Notes: generated by a model not told the origin, from the sequence alone. A stretch of DNA of 64,000 nt from Asterias rubens (GCF_902459465.1 NC_047071.1:8556001-8620000), one strand, 5' to 3'; positions 37,690 through 50,959 are shown, counted from the stretch's first letter. Numbers and translations: made by a program.

Positions 37690-38217
37690 CTTGTTCAATC
37701 GACAGCACAATACATCTAGTACCGATACCAGTTGTGACAGCTTATATAAGGTCATTCGGCAAGAGATTTTGTTATACGTCCGTGTTACAACTATTGACAA
37801 ACTTTGCTGAAACGCAAGGGAAATTTTTCATATTATTGTTTTAAATTATCGAACAAACCTAATCCCTGTTAAAATAGATGACAAACTTAACTGAAATCCA
37901 AGTGCAAATTATATGAATAGGGTTGTCAAAATATTGAACGAGGAAACACACGGGAAACCGGCTGAATCATTATAACCTTTCCCGCTGCAATAGCACATAT
38001 AGTTCCATAGTTCATAAATTGACGACCGTTGACCAATAGGTGACCAATGTTGTCCGGCCAATACAAAACTGAACATATAGTTAGGCTGCAATCGGCTTAC
38101 AAATGTGGGAGATAAAGCGTTTTGTAAATATTCATAAAATGACCACTGCTGACCAACAAAAGACCATTGGTAACATGATTCCTAAATAGATAAGGTACAT
38201 TAACAATAAAACAAAGT

Positions 38218-38510
38218 CTATAGACGGTGTGATCTATGTTTACATTTAAACCGCCCTCTGTTGACAAAACACTATATACGTCATGTTTCGCCGGGCAAAG
38301 AGTTGCGTAGACTGGGCCCCTGTCTTTATCCGCAAGGATAAACGAGCCTCGAAGAATGACGTCAGACGTTCAGGCTAAGAGTTGCGTAGTCATAGTAAGA
38401 TTGCGTACACTTTCTAGCTGGCTGCCAAAACACAAAGGTTTTGCCCGGCGGTATGCGCGCGAATCATGTTATGGTTTTCGTGTGACGTCAGAGGTCACAT
38501 CGTCTATAGA
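38218..38510. mobile_element. MITE with TIR tctatagacg(g/a)tgtga
   Basis: Inverted termini visible; a related end fragment lies near 27177. Confidence 0.68.
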
Positions 38511-38661
38511 CATTGAAACCAAAAAATAACATGACCGTACCTGCTGGCCGATAGGATGACGGTCAGTAGTGGTCATTTCATTACTATTTACACCATGAGT
38601 CTTCTCCCACAGGCTTGAGCCATTTGCAGGCTAACGTGATCCAATGTCCCATTGGCTCGAA

Positions 38662-38814
38662 CAATGGAAGACTTTGGGACGCTAGGTGGCAGCAGACTTA
38701 CCAGGTAAATTTCCATTGTTTACGTAGTTCTGAGCGTGCGCACATGACCGAGAACAATGGATTTTACCTGGTAACTCTGCTGCCGCCACCAAGCGTCCCA
38801 AAAGTCTCCCATTG
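38662..38814. mobile_element. MITE with ~48-bp imperfect TIRs (caatgg..agactttgggacgct.ggtggcagcagacttaccaggtaaa)
   Basis: Inverted arms visible directly. Confidence 0.75.
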
Positions 38815-38901
38815 GGTTGTATACAAATTTTAATTTTGGCCAGCGGTCATCTATCGATCAGCAGTGTTTTGTTTTTGTTTTTTTGTTGTATATATGATTA
38901 T

Positions 38902-39292
38902 TTAAAGGCAGTGGACACTATTGGTATAATTACTCAAAATAATTATCAGCATAAAACCTCACTTGGTATCGAGTAATGGGGAGAGGTTGGTAGTATAAAA
39001 CATTGTGAGAAACGGGTCCCTCTTAAGTGACGTAGTTTTCGAGAAAGGAGTAATTTTTCCACGAATTTGATTTCGATACCTGAAGTTTAGAATTTGAGGT
39101 CTCGAAATCAGGCATCCGAAAGCACACACAACTTCGTGTGACAAGGATGTTTTTTCTTTCATAGCTATCTCGTAACTTCGATGACCGATGGAGCTCAAAT
39201 TTTCACAGGTTTGTTATTGTATGCATATGTTGAGATACACCAAGCGAGAAGACTGGTCTTTGACAATTACCAATAGTGTCCACTGTCTTTAA
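38902..39292. mobile_element. MITE family A copy
   Basis: TIRs and TTAA present; its distal part is duplicated at about 48878-49147. Confidence 0.87.
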
Positions 39293-39575
39293 AACAAATT
39301 GCCTATGGTCACAATAGTGGTCAGTAGAGGTGACAAACAAAGTTACAGAAATCTTCTCCGTTTGCTGGTCCTTTGAAACAAACCATACGAACGGTGTCCA
39401 CAGAGCGTGTAATATAGGTTTTCTCGGTCAATTTCAGCGCAGCTGTAGAGATGTCTCTTCGGACGGCATAAAACTACCCTTATACCATAATAATTGTTTC
39501 CTAAAATTACGTTACATGCTTTTATTTTACTATAACCAAAATTAGACAGTCTAAATGGCTTCCCAAAATAACACG

Positions 39576-39958
39576 TTAAAGGCAGTGGACACTATTGGTA
39601 ATTACTCAAAATAATTATTAGCATAAACCCTTAATTGGTAACTAGTAATAGGGAGAGGTTGATAGTATAAAATCTTGTGAGAAACGGCTCCCTCTGAAAT
39701 GATGTAGTTTTCGAGAAAGAAGTAACTTTCCACGAATTTAATTTCGAGACCTCAAGTTTAGAACTTGAGGTCTCGAAATCAAGCATCTGAAAGTACACAA
39801 CTTCGTGTGACAAGGGAGTTTTTTCTTTTATAGTTATCTCGTAACTCCGACGACCAATCGAGCTAAAGTTTTCACAGGTTTGTTATTTTATGTACATGTT
39901 GAGATACACCAAGTGAGAAGACTGGATTTTGACAATTACCAATGTTCACTGCCTTTAA
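39576..39958. mobile_element. MITE family A copy
   Basis: TIRs and TTAA present. Confidence 0.87.
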
Positions 39959-40320
39959 AACATTTTACATCGATACCACGTTAAATCCTTATACTAAATA
40001 TTTTACATCAACATCAAGTACATCGTGTTTAAACAAAATGTAATAGGTAAAAGTGGTTCATACTCAAAGTTTAACCCGAAATCTTAACAGGATTTTTGAT
40101 AAGGTACTCTCTGGCTTCTGCATTCAAATTTACTTGTGGTTCCCATGTACTTTTTGATTTAGGGAAACCTTTCCATCTGATCAAGTACTCTAATCGTTTT
40201 TTCCTGTATCTTCATCTGACTATAGGTTCAATTTCATACTCTCTGGGTTTCTTTTGAACCTTGGGTAGCCCTGGAACAATAACAATTCCTGATTCATCTT
40301 GAATTGAATCTCGCTTTGAT

Positions 40321-40678
40321 TTAAAGCCATTATACACTTTCGGAACAGAACCAACAAAAAGTTCAGAGATTAACAACTAACTTACAGGGTTTACAGAAGG
40401 TAATGGTAAAAGACTTCTCTTGAAATATTATTCCATGAAATGCTTTACTTTAATGCTAAACATTAAAACAATTATAAATTCTCGTTAGCGAGAATTACGG
40501 ATTTATAGTAAACACATGTCATGACACGGCGAAACGTGTGGAAACAAGGGTGGGTTTTCCCGTTATTTTCCCGATTGTGCCTAAATTTTCACAGGTTTGT
40601 TATTTTGTATATAAGTTGTGATACACGAACTGTGGGCCTTGGACAATACTGTTTACTGAAAGTGTCCACTGGCTTTAA
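40321..40678. mobile_element. MITE family B copy in the duplicated block
   Basis: Same flanks as 32558-32926. Confidence 0.85.
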
Positions 40679-41160
40679 GGGCAAGGATAACATCCTGCGG
40701 GCAGTCTTCTTCACACAAATCTGGTATTGGTGTATTTGCCAACGGATCACATGGGCAGAAATCATTGTCTGGCCGTACATATCTATCGTAAGAGGGGATG
40801 TATCAGGGATGACAGTAACTTGTTATTTTCTAGGTTTCTCACCCGAAAATTTACAGGAGTTGTCTGTTCTACAAGTAAACTGCTCACAAAAAGTCAGGAC
40901 ACTCTTTTTTAATCAAGTGAATCTTTTTTATTTATTAGTCTCCTTGTATGTTCTTATCAACGCAAAGCTGAATTGATCCTCTTTAAAATGATACCACATT
41001 TGCAATGATTACATGCTGCTGAATTTGGCTAAATGAATGACAATGAGGCAAGGTAATTGTTTGATCGATTCAAAAAATGAAAAATAATAATAACGGAAAT
41101 GCTGTATTTTCTATTGTGTAGATTTGTTGGCATGAATTAATGTTGATCCTCTCTTTCTTA

Positions 41161-42010
41161 TGCTACTCTCACACTTGGGCGAATATCTTGCGAATACGAA
41201 TGTTTGAAATTCGCGATGAATTCGCCCAAAAGTTGCGATTTTATGTTCTCTGTCGTCCTTAACCTCTCCTTACCAATATCTTACGCATAATACGCACGCT
41301 TTACCAACAGTACCAATGGCTTACCAAATGCTTACGCAAATCGATGGCGAATTACCGTCTTCACCACAATCGCTGAATGTACTGAAGCGCTTCGTATTGC
41401 TGCTCTCACAGAATGGCGAATGTTCTTGTGAACATGAATATTTGAACTGCGCGTATAATTCGTCCAACATGGCGGTTGGATAGTGAATATTTTCATCTCG
41501 GTTTCGCCCTTGATCGTCCTCGGTCGGCCCTCTCCTTACCAATATCTTATGAATATATTACGAATGCTTACCAACGCTTGCCAATGCCTTTACGAACGTT
41601 GCAATCGCTCACGCACGCTTTACCAACATTACCAATGCTTACGAAAATCACGCCGAATGACCGTCTTTGCAACATCACTGAAATTAACAAACCGGTTTGT
41701 AAATTGAGCGATCTTCGTAAGGAGGTTGGAAATAATTTGTGAACGTTCCGAATTTGTTACCAACGCTTACGAAGACACGGCGAATGCTGCGAAGTTTGAG
41801 CAATTGTCAAATTATGTCCTTCCGATAGCATATTCGCTAGCATACTCGCCGTGTGAGAGTAGCATAAAGTGACCGATCTTCGTAAGGAGGTGGAGAATGA
41901 CTTGTGAACGTAGTGAATTTGTGGCGAATGTGGCGAAGTTTAAGCGACTGTTAAATATTTCCGTTCGTACGCACGTTCGCTAGCATATTCTCCCTAGTGT
42001 GAGAGTAGCG
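41161..42010. mobile_element. PIF/Harbinger-like non-autonomous element (850 bp) with TTA TSD
   Basis: TIR gctactctcacac ... gtgtgagagtagc; tta at 41158-41160 and 42011-42013; the empty site (ctttcttagttgctt) survives near 33410. A 3-bp TWA TSD is the established Harbinger signature. Confidence 0.88.
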
Positions 42011-43314
42011 TTAGTTGCTTCGTAAAGTATACGGGACAAAAAGACGGGCAAGTGTACGATGTCACAAGGCACTCAGATTCGTCTTAACTTAAGATGATTT
42101 GCTTGCCTCAGTGATTTGTATTGTGACTCTAATTGCGCCCCTCCACGCCCCCCCCCCCCTGTCACCCACCCCTTACACCACGCTACATTTGCAGAATTAA
42201 TTTCTAGTGTGTGCCGCACTTCTAGTGTATGATGAGCGCGAGCCTAAGTTGAATAGCTAACCAGGTTCTGGTGCCGCACGTGATTCGTGCTGCACGACGT
42301 CAACGTTGTTTTCGTTGGCACGTTTTCGTAAATCATCAGCCGCACTTTCATACCTTGCATTCGTTCATCCTCTTTCAAAAATAGGACGTAAAATCAATCC
42401 AATTTTGAAAAAAAAATTGGGGTTGAACAAAGAATTGACTAGAGTGGGATTCTTTGTCAATTCTAGTCAATTCTTTGTTCAACCCCAAAAAATCATTTCA
42501 AAATTTACCCAGTCAGTTTCCCTTGCGGTTTATATCAATTTTGAAATACGAAGAAAACAAAAAAAAATTCGACCCCCCCCCCCCTAGTATGGTCACCGGA
42601 CCGAAAAAATGACATAAGAAAATTTGCAGCCCGCTCTATACAAGCACCTGGGAGTTTTACTGACACAAACAGACACGTTACTTGCATAAGTATTAGATTG
42701 AATATTATCTGGTTTGAAAAGTTCAAAAGGTGGTTTTAGTCTCAATGCAAGTTTTGCTCTGATCAATCTTTGGAACCCGTTAAAAAAAAATTATTTTAAT
42801 TTTATTTTAATCAACATCCAACGGCGCAAGCGCCAATTACACATGGGCGACGTCATGTCCTCACCGCTTGTGATTAAAGCAATGTATATCAGATTCCAGC
42901 ATTTCATTTATATTTTAGCGACAGTGCCAAATATATGTAGTTTGTGTAATGCGAGAAAATAAATATCAAATTTGATTAACTTTTCATTATTTTGATTTCA
43001 AATTAAATAAGCACATGAAGAAAAAAAACCTTAGCAACAATCCAATGTGTTCACGGGATGCTAATTGGTAAAAATGAAAGTATGTCAACAAATTTGCATT
43101 TAACATAGGCCTACTAGGTTGAAAACTTCCCACAATGTATTTTCGCATGGCATGCTATAGTTGTGGAGAAATAATTTAGAAAGAAAAGAAAAAAAACGCT
43201 GAAGGCCATTGTTGACCGGCATGGAAAAAAGGAACAAATACTAGGAAGATTTACAAATACATCTCGTGTTTATTACAAAAATATATACAAAATTGTGCCA
43301 AGACAATTTGTGTT

Positions 43315-43678
43315 ACAAGCCATTGGAACCTTTCGGTTCAGAAAAAAAAATTAAGTTCACAGATTTACAAATAACTTACAGGGTTTAAAGAAGGCAATGG
43401 TGAAAGACTTCTCTTGAAATATTATTCCATGAAATGCTTTACTTTTTGAGAAAACAGCAAAACAGTATAAATTCTCGTTAACGAGAATTACGGATTTATT
43501 TTTAACACATGTCATGACACGGCGAAACGCGCGGATGGGGTTTTCCGTTGTTTTCTCCCAACTCCGATGACCGATTGAGCCTAAATTTTCACAGGTTTGT
43601 TATTTGATATAGAAGTTGTGGTACACAAAGTGTGGGCCTTGGACAACACTGTTTACCGAAAGGGTCCAATGGCTTTAA
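43315..43678. mobile_element. MITE family B copy
   Basis: aagccattggaacctttcgg ... gggtccaatggctttaa. Confidence 0.82.
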
Positions 43679-43934
43679 GTTGGCAAAACAACTATAGACC
43701 CTACAAGTCATCAACAAGTACAATATCGACATAAATTACACTCTGACTCCGACTGGGAAACTCGATCGAAAAGGAAAGTTCTCAATATAATACGAGTCCC
43801 CTTTGGCCCAAAGGCATGACTCGATGCCAAACCTATAATTTAGCGTTTCATTTTCAAATCTATTTATGACCAAAAGGGACAAGCGTCAACTTTAAACACA
43901 CTTTTGCTAATTAAATCTTTTAATAATAATAAAT

Positions 43935-44195
43935 TATAATAGTGGCTTCTTATAATAGCGCGTCTGAATGCCTCGACTACTATGCTGCCAAATATGTTGC
44001 GCACTAAGCTAATCAATCACAAGAACCATCTCTGCCCTCACAGGTACCCATTTACCCCTGGGTGGAGAGAAGCTTATGGTTAAGTGTCTTGCTCAAGGAC
44101 ACAAGTGTCACGACCGGGATTCGAATCCCCACTCTGCTGATCAGAAACACCAGAGCTTGAGTTCGATGCTCTTATTCGCTCGGTCACGACACCCC
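43935..44195 (-). mobile_element. tRNA-derived SINE
   Basis: Minus strand reads ggggtgtcgtgaccgagcg (A-box-like), attcgaatcccggtcgtgacacttgtgtccttgagcaagacacttaacc (B-box-like plus body), then ctctccacccaggggtaaatgggtacc. Confidence 0.8.
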
Positions 44196-46200
44196 AAGAT
44201 TAGTGTTTTCAGATAAGGCCAATAAAAAAAAAAAACATGTTTCGCGTCCCCGCCCGCTTCCTTTTTTTTTTTTTTTTTTTCATTATCAATAACCCACTTA
44301 TTGGGCGATGATTTTATTAATGATTTAACCTTTTTCGGTGTTATCCAACAAATGGTGAATATATTTAACCCTTTGATTTACAGTTTCTGTTGAGATACGT
44401 CATACAACCAGGCATAGAAAATATATTTTCCACGATGGCAAACGGTAGTGAGATGTGACCTTGGCATCTCTCTCAAAATCGAGAGGGTGCTCAGTGATTT
44501 GTAGATGCTATAGAAGGTTGGTTATTAACTAAATACAGTCGTGACAGTTGCAGCGCAATCACACGCATACATGCCACAACCGGCGTTGCACATAATGGCA
44601 TGATAAAACTGAAACTAAAAACTGAAACTAATTCAACAGTAGTGTCACTCTGTTGCTCCCTCTGCAACTGTCACGACTATGTACGACTGAATAGAAAACA
44701 CAACTTCATATTTAGTTAAAAACTAACCTTCAAATTTGATCTATATCTACTGGAAAACCCCGCTCGTCAGAGCCACTCCGCCACTCGCCATGTTGGAAAA
44801 TATCGTTATGTCTTTTTTTTTATACCTTGCTCAACTTTTGGGCAACTCTTTGATCGTAGTGCGCATGATCGGATGATTTTGACCAACTAATGTGCATCAC
44901 TTTTACCAACAATCGAATTAAATTAATATTACCAAAAAAGTTGCCCAATAAATAAGCAAAAGTGTAACCAACAGTTATGATAAATTCAGATTACGAATTA
45001 TTTGCCCAACACTTGCCCAACTTTTGTTCCACTTTAAAAAAACAAAATTGGCAAACAAAATGTTTGCCCAACAACACCAATTATTGGTTTTGTTGGGCAA
45101 TTATCGACCAATAATTGTTGAAGTTACTTTGCCCAACAAATGATTTGACCAACGTTTTTGCAGTGAACTACATACAATGTAAAGGTATACAGTCGACTAA
45201 CTATATATACCCTTTTTTAAAGGTAGTGGACACTAATGGTAATTGTCGAAGACTAGCCTTCACAGTTAGTATATCTCAACAAATGCATAAAATATCTAAC
45301 CTGTGAAAAATTTGAGCTCAATCGGTCATCGAAGTTGCGAGATAATAATGAAAGAAAAAAATAAATCTGAGGTCTCGAAATCAAATTCGTGGAAAATTGC
45401 TTCTTTCTCGAAAACGATGACACTTCAGAGGGAGCCGTTTCTCACAATGTTTTATACCATCAACCTCTCCCCATTGCTCATCACCAAGTGAGGTTTTATG
45501 CTAATACTTATTTTGAGCTCAAATTAGTTATTTTGTGCGCCGGAAATAATTTATTGTGGTCGAAATCGTTTCGAGTAAAACCATTTATTTCGTGAGATCA
45601 AATCAAAACTTAAAAATGATTTCAAGTGCAGGATATGAGGACTTCAAATTATTTATGTGTTTCCTATTTTCTATTAGTTCAGTTTTTCATCATTATGTCC
45701 CTTTATGGGCTCCATACGTAACAGTTTATTATATCAGTTTAAACTCATCCAATTGTTGTTTTCCCCATAATATGCACTAAAACAGACAACTTGTCAACAC
45801 TGATATACAATGTAATGTACATAACAGTCATGCCACTTTTCAACAGCTGTTTTTCTTCAATGATAATGCAATAATTAAAGGAAACCGACAAAACACTGTA
45901 CAAAGTTAAGCGAGGTTGGCCATTTCCTCATTTGTTTTGCATGTACCGAGTTGCATGTGTGACATAGGTCAAGGTATACGCCAAAAGACAAATAAATTCA
46001 CTTTTGCCAAATAATTGTTCAGTAATTTTGCTGTGATAAGACGAAATATACAACATAATGTTACATACCGCGCTTAATGCTATACGTTTATAAGCGGCAT
46101 AGAAAAACTTAGACCGTGGAACACAGCACAACACCAAGTTATGGTTTACAATGTGCTGTGGCGCAATTTGTAGCCTAGCCTTGGTATATGTCCAAGGCTC

Positions 46201-46555
46201 TTAAAGCCATTGGACCCTTTCGGTACAGAACAAAAAAAAAATCACAGATTTACAAATAATTTACAGGGTTTACAGAAGGTAATGGTGAAAGCCTTCTCTT
46301 GAAATATTAGTCCATGAAATGCTTTTAATACTTTTTGAGAAAACGGTTAACGAGAATTACGGATTTATAGTAAACACATGTCATGACACGGCGAAACGTG
46401 CGAAAACAGGAGTGGGTTTTCCCGTTATTTTCTCCCGACTCCGATGTCCGATTGAGCCTAAATTTCCACAGGATTGTTATTTTATATATAAGTTGTGATA
46501 CACGAAGTGTGGGACTTGGACAATACTGTTTACCGAAAGTGTATACTGGCTTTAA
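46201..46555. mobile_element. MITE family B copy abutting a family A copy at a shared TTAA
   Basis: ttaaagccattggacc ... tactggctttaa followed directly by aggtagtggacac. Confidence 0.85.
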
Positions 46556-46940
46556 AGGTAGTGGACACTATTGGTAATTGTCGAAGACTAGCCTTCACAG
46601 TTGGTGTATCTCAACATATGCATACAATAACTAACCTGTGAAAACTTGAGCTCAATCGGTCATCGAAGTTGCGAGATAATAATGACAGAAAAAAACGCCC
46701 TTGTCACACGAAGTTGTGTGCGTTTTTAGATGGGTGATTTCGAGACCTCAAGTTCTAAATCTGAGGTCTCGAAATCAAATTCGTGGGAAATTACTTCTTT
46801 CTCGATAACGATGGCACTTCAGAGGGAGCCGTTTCTCACAATGTTTTATACCATCAACCTCTCCCCATTGCTCATCACCAAGAAAGGTTTTATGCTAATA
46901 ATTATTTTGAGTAATAACCAATAGTGTCCACTGCCTTTAA
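46552..46940. mobile_element. MITE family A copy
   Basis: TIRs and TTAA present. Confidence 0.87.
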
Positions 46941-47470
46941 TCTTGTGCCAATTCTCTTGCCTGTTATAAGGGTGATGGTATTGATGCTGTTTCAAAAATG
47001 AAGATGGTAGTGCTGCTTTTGGTGATAGTGTTAGTTCTGTCTCGATGTTGATGCTGGTGTCGGTGCTGTGTCGATGATAAACGTAGAGTGGTGTTGATGA
47101 TGTTGAAGGTGGTGTTGGTGTTCGTGCGGTGTCTATGTTGACCATGTTTTTGTCGGTGCTTGGTCGATGATCAATATTGTAGTGCTGCTGCTGCTGCTGA
47201 TGATGATGGTGGGAGTGGTGCTGGTTTTGGCGGTGTGTCGATGATGATGGTGCTGGTGTCGGTGCTGTGTCGATGAAAAAGGTGATAGTCGTTGCTGCTG
47301 CTGATGGTGAAGGTGGTGTTGGTGTTGATGCTGCGGAGCTGATGTCGATGATGATGATGCTGGTGTAATGATGTGTCGATGATGTCGTCCTGTTGCTGCT
47401 GTTGATTATAGTGATGGTGATGGTGTCGATGTCGTTGAAACTAGTTAACAGAATCCCGGCATGGAATTTG

Positions 47471-48583
47471 TTAATTCTTTCGCAATGACAGCAAGAGTTT
47501 CAGAAAATCTGAAGGTTCTTGTATTTCAGAGTAACGGCACTTAACTATCTTCCGCATTACCACTTTGAACTGTGGGTGATTGACTGCGTATATGATGGGG
47601 TTTACACAACTGTTAAAAACAGTTATAGTGACTCCGTAGAGAGCAAACTTACGACTGGATGGTATAGCGAGAGAGATAAAGTAAGGAGACAGTAACAATG
47701 CGAAGATGAAAAACACAAGGAAGAGGTTCTTGGTAATAGCTAGTTGCTGACGGCTGATGACCTGCCTGGCTTTCTTGGAGACGTGCTCAGCATTAGTCAC
47801 TGACGATTCCCCAGTGGCAACAGTGAAACTGGTGGACGTTTCACCATCCAAACCAACCACTGTGGAGATTGACTGACTATTCTTGCTAGATTTGCTCTTT
47901 TTCTGTTTCCTGAAGTGTCGTTTGAGATGGATGTAGAGTGCCGTGTAGCAACAGATGATGATGAGCATTGGGACCGGGTATAGACCCACAGATTGTGCCA
48001 GGTTGTATTCGGGACCTCTTGGGTGACCATCTTTATCTGAACATGTATTGTCTTGTGGATCGTAACCAAAAGCGCCTATGCCCAGAATCGGCGGGAGGAA
48101 AAACACAATACACGGAATAACCCAAGTCATTGCGATCATGACGGCTACTTTACGCGGGGTGTACCACCAACTGTAGGTGTTCATTGTTTGAGTGACGAGG
48201 ACCATACGGTTCAAAGCTATGGAGGCCAACGAGTAGAGACTTGCACCGAGACCGGTATAAAGTTGAATGGCAGCAATTACACAAGGGGCCTCCGATTCCA
48301 AGGGCCAGCTTTCATTACTCACCAAAGCTACGCAAATCCACGGGTAGGAGAGACTGGTCCAGAAATCAGCCACGCTGAGGTTGACCACGAAGGCGTTGGT
48401 CACGGTGCGGAGTTTCTTGGATAGGATGACGGACCACATGACGAGACTGTTACCTACGAGGCCCAGAATGCAGGTCAAAATCCAAAAACCGACCAAGGCT
48501 GCACGAGCTTCGTATGGATACAGCGAAGAATAGACTGGCGCCTCCGCTGTATCATTGATCTGGGGCAGAGAGTTGTTGTCCAT
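47471..48583 (-). CDS. Intronless class A GPCR, cluster gene 7 (370 aa from the likely ATG at 48583; ORF extends to 48694)
   Basis: 7TM motifs; segmental-duplication partner of gene 6, but with a short ICL3. Confidence 0.93.
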   Translation of the reverse strand: MDNNSLPQINDTAEAPVYSSLYPYEARAALVGFWILTCILGLVGNSLVMWSVILSKKLRTVTNAFVVNLSVADFWTSLSYPWICVALVSNESWPLESEAPCVIAAIQLYTGLGASLYSLASIALNRMVLVTQTMNTYSWWYTPRKVAVMIAMTWVIPCIVFFLPPILGIGAFGYDPQDNTCSDKDGHPRGPEYNLAQSVGLYPVPMLIIICCYTALYIHLKRHFRKQKKSKSSKNSQSISTVVGLDGETSTSFTVATGESSVTNAEHVSKKARQVISRQQLAITKNLFLVFFIFALLLSPYFISLAIPSSRKFALYGVTITVFNSCVNPIIYAVNHPQFKVVMRKIVKCRYSEIQEPSDFLKLLLSLRKN

Positions 48584-49266
48584 CTTGTTCAATCGACAGC
48601 ACAATACATCTAGTACCGATACCAGTTGTGACAGCTTATATAAGGTCATTCGGCAAGAGATTTTGTTATACGTCCGTGTTACAATTATTGACAAACTTTG
48701 CTGAAACGAAATGGAAACTTTTCACTATTGTTTTAAATTATCGAACAAGCCACATCCTTGTTAAAATAGATGACAAAGTTAGCTGAAATCCAAGTGCAAA
48801 TTATATGAATAGGGTTGTCAAAATATTGAACGAGGAAACACACGGAAAATCGGCTGAATCATTATAACCTTTCCCGCTGAAGTGACGTAGTTTTCGAGAA
48901 AGGAGTAATTTTCCACGAATTTGATTTCGAGACCTCAAGTTTAGAATTTGAGGTCTCGAAATCAGGCATCCGAAAGCACACACAACTTCGTGTGACAAGG
49001 ATTTTTTTTTCTTTCATAGCTATCTCGTAACTTCGATGACCGATGGAGCTCAAATTTTCACAGGTTTGTTATTTTATGCATATGTTGAGATACACCAAGT
49101 GAGAAGACTGGTCTTTGACAATTACTAATAGTGTCCACTGTCTCTAAAACAAATTGCCTATGGTCATAATAGTGGTCAGTAGAGGTGACAAACAAAGTTA
49201 CAGAAATCTTCTCCGTTTGCTGGTCCTTTGAAACAAACCATACGAACGGTGTCCACAGAGCGTGTA

Positions 49267-49652
49267 ATATAGGTTTTCTCGGTCAATTTCGGCAAATGAG
49301 CAGCCAATTTAACCACCAAGCTATTCTATTTCGCGCGAAATCGAATGCTACAAATCGTTTTATGATTAGTCAAATGTAATGTTGCGTCGTTCGATTTAAC
49401 AAAATAATCATTCAATTCAACAATTCATCAAAGCAGCATTCAAATTCGCAACGCTTTTTGAGGCGTGTGTGCCACGAAAAAGAATGACGATACGAGTGCT
49501 TAAGGAATTTGACTCGACTCAAATTGAAATTGAATTGCTGAATTCTGAATTTGAAACGCAGTAACAACTGGAAAGGCAAAACAGCTTTAATTCGAACCCG
49601 TGAAAATGAAATTGGCTGCTCATTTGCCGAATTTGACCGAGAAAACCTATAT
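49267..49652. mobile_element. MITE with ~45-bp TIR atataggttttctcggtcaa(t/a)ttcggcaaatgagcagccaattt
   Basis: Inverted termini; inverted copy at about 58863-59276; truncated ends at about 30457 and 39409. Confidence 0.82.
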
Positions 49653-49664
49653 CAACGGTGTTTT

Positions 49665-49940
49665 GGGAAGTGTCGTGGCCTAGCGGTTTACAAAGAGCAA
49701 CACATTCAAACTCTGTTGTTTCTGATCAGCAGAGTGTGTGATCGAGTCCCAATCGTGACACTTGAGTCCTTAAGCAATACACTTAACCATTACTTCATTC
49801 TTCGGATGAGATGGAAAGCCTTTGGTCCTGTGTGTTGTGTAACGCCCGTAAAAAAAAACCAGCGCACTTCCTGGTGTTCCTGGTATGATTGACAGCTTTA
49901 TTGCGCCACAGCGCCTTAAACCATTACATGGTGCTATTTA
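49665..49940 (+). mobile_element. tRNA-derived SINE with the same head and a different body/tail
   Basis: gtgtcgtggcctagcgg ... ctgatcagcagagtgtg.gatcgagtcccaatcgtgacacttgagtccttaagcaatacacttaacc matches the head of the 44-kb copy. Confidence 0.78.
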
Positions 49941-50959
49941 GATCTCATACTACAAACGTAGTCCCACCACATACATGTACCTTGAAGCATGGAGGAAGGA
50001 ATGAAGGAAGACGCCTAGCCTTGAGGTTCGCTGAGTGACGGATATGCGCGCTATATAAAGAAACCAGTATTATTTCCCCGGTGTTTTCTATAGACCGATC
50101 CAGGCGCGCGCAGCGCGGCCGCAAAACAGTGCAACTAATTTTGTGGTGTTTTTGAGAAAAACAGTTGTCTGGCTAAGTTGGGGCGCTCTTTTCATATAGC
50201 CCGGTCTCGTTTTCGCACCTGGCTCCATTATCAAGATACAACTATACAAATTGTGGTCTTTTTGCCTTTTTGTGTGCTTTGGTATGGCAAAACGCATTAT
50301 GTTGACTTAGATACTTTGTTCTGCACTTTATTTTATGGCAAAATGGTCCATTTATAAGAAGCAGTCTTCTGCTTGACTGTAGCTATTTGTTCAGCACGTC
50401 AGTGTCTATCTGGTAGAAGAGGCTTTCATTATGATGTAGTGTTTTGGGTTTAGTAAATGTTTACCACTACGGTAGCGTTCACATGGCAGAACGCCTTATC
50501 TGTATGATACACCGTTTTTGCCAACAAAGAAATTCAGAAATGTTTCATTCTATGTTAGACTTTTTACATGGCAAAACAATGTATCTACAAGATGCTTCAT
50601 TACTCCCTATCTTTTAATGTGTAAAGGACTCGTACAATGTAATACATGTGAAGCAGTGTTTTGTCTTGCCAGATATGGTGGTATGTGCATGACAGTATGA
50701 TCTCATGGCTAGATCTAGACCATCTAACAGCATGCTATGCGCAATGCTACAGCACCAACTGCAACAACATGAAATCTTTTAGTTCAACTAAAATGAATGA
50801 GAAAATAGAAACCATTACAAAAACAGTAAGTTTTAATGAGCATGAACTGATCATGCTGTACTAGACATAGGCATCCTTCGAACCCAGTCACTAATGTTAT
50901 GAATTGTAATGTCATTAACTCAAGCTGTGAATTGCCATACATCTACATGTACACATTTT

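Larger units (their letters stand above)
35403..39436. repeat. Segmental duplication block Y containing GPCR gene 6 (paralog Y' at about 46552-49290 with gene 7)
   Basis: Colinear high identity of MITE, 3' low-complexity tract, CDS and upstream DNA; about 1 kb (37990-39025) is missing in Y'. Confidence 0.9.

Noticed and set aside
36319-37800. N-terminal ORF extensions of genes 1, 2, 6, 7 and 8 beyond the chosen ATGs
   Set aside because: The extensions begin at non-ATG or unaligned starts and are not shared across sub-lineages. Downstream ATGs align with the short NDT/NDS-containing N-termini of genes 3, 4 and 5. An upstream exon cannot be excluded.
44100-44195. tRNA gene
   Set aside because: A- and B-box-like motifs are present, but no convincing cloverleaf is evident and the sequence runs into a SINE body shared with other copies.
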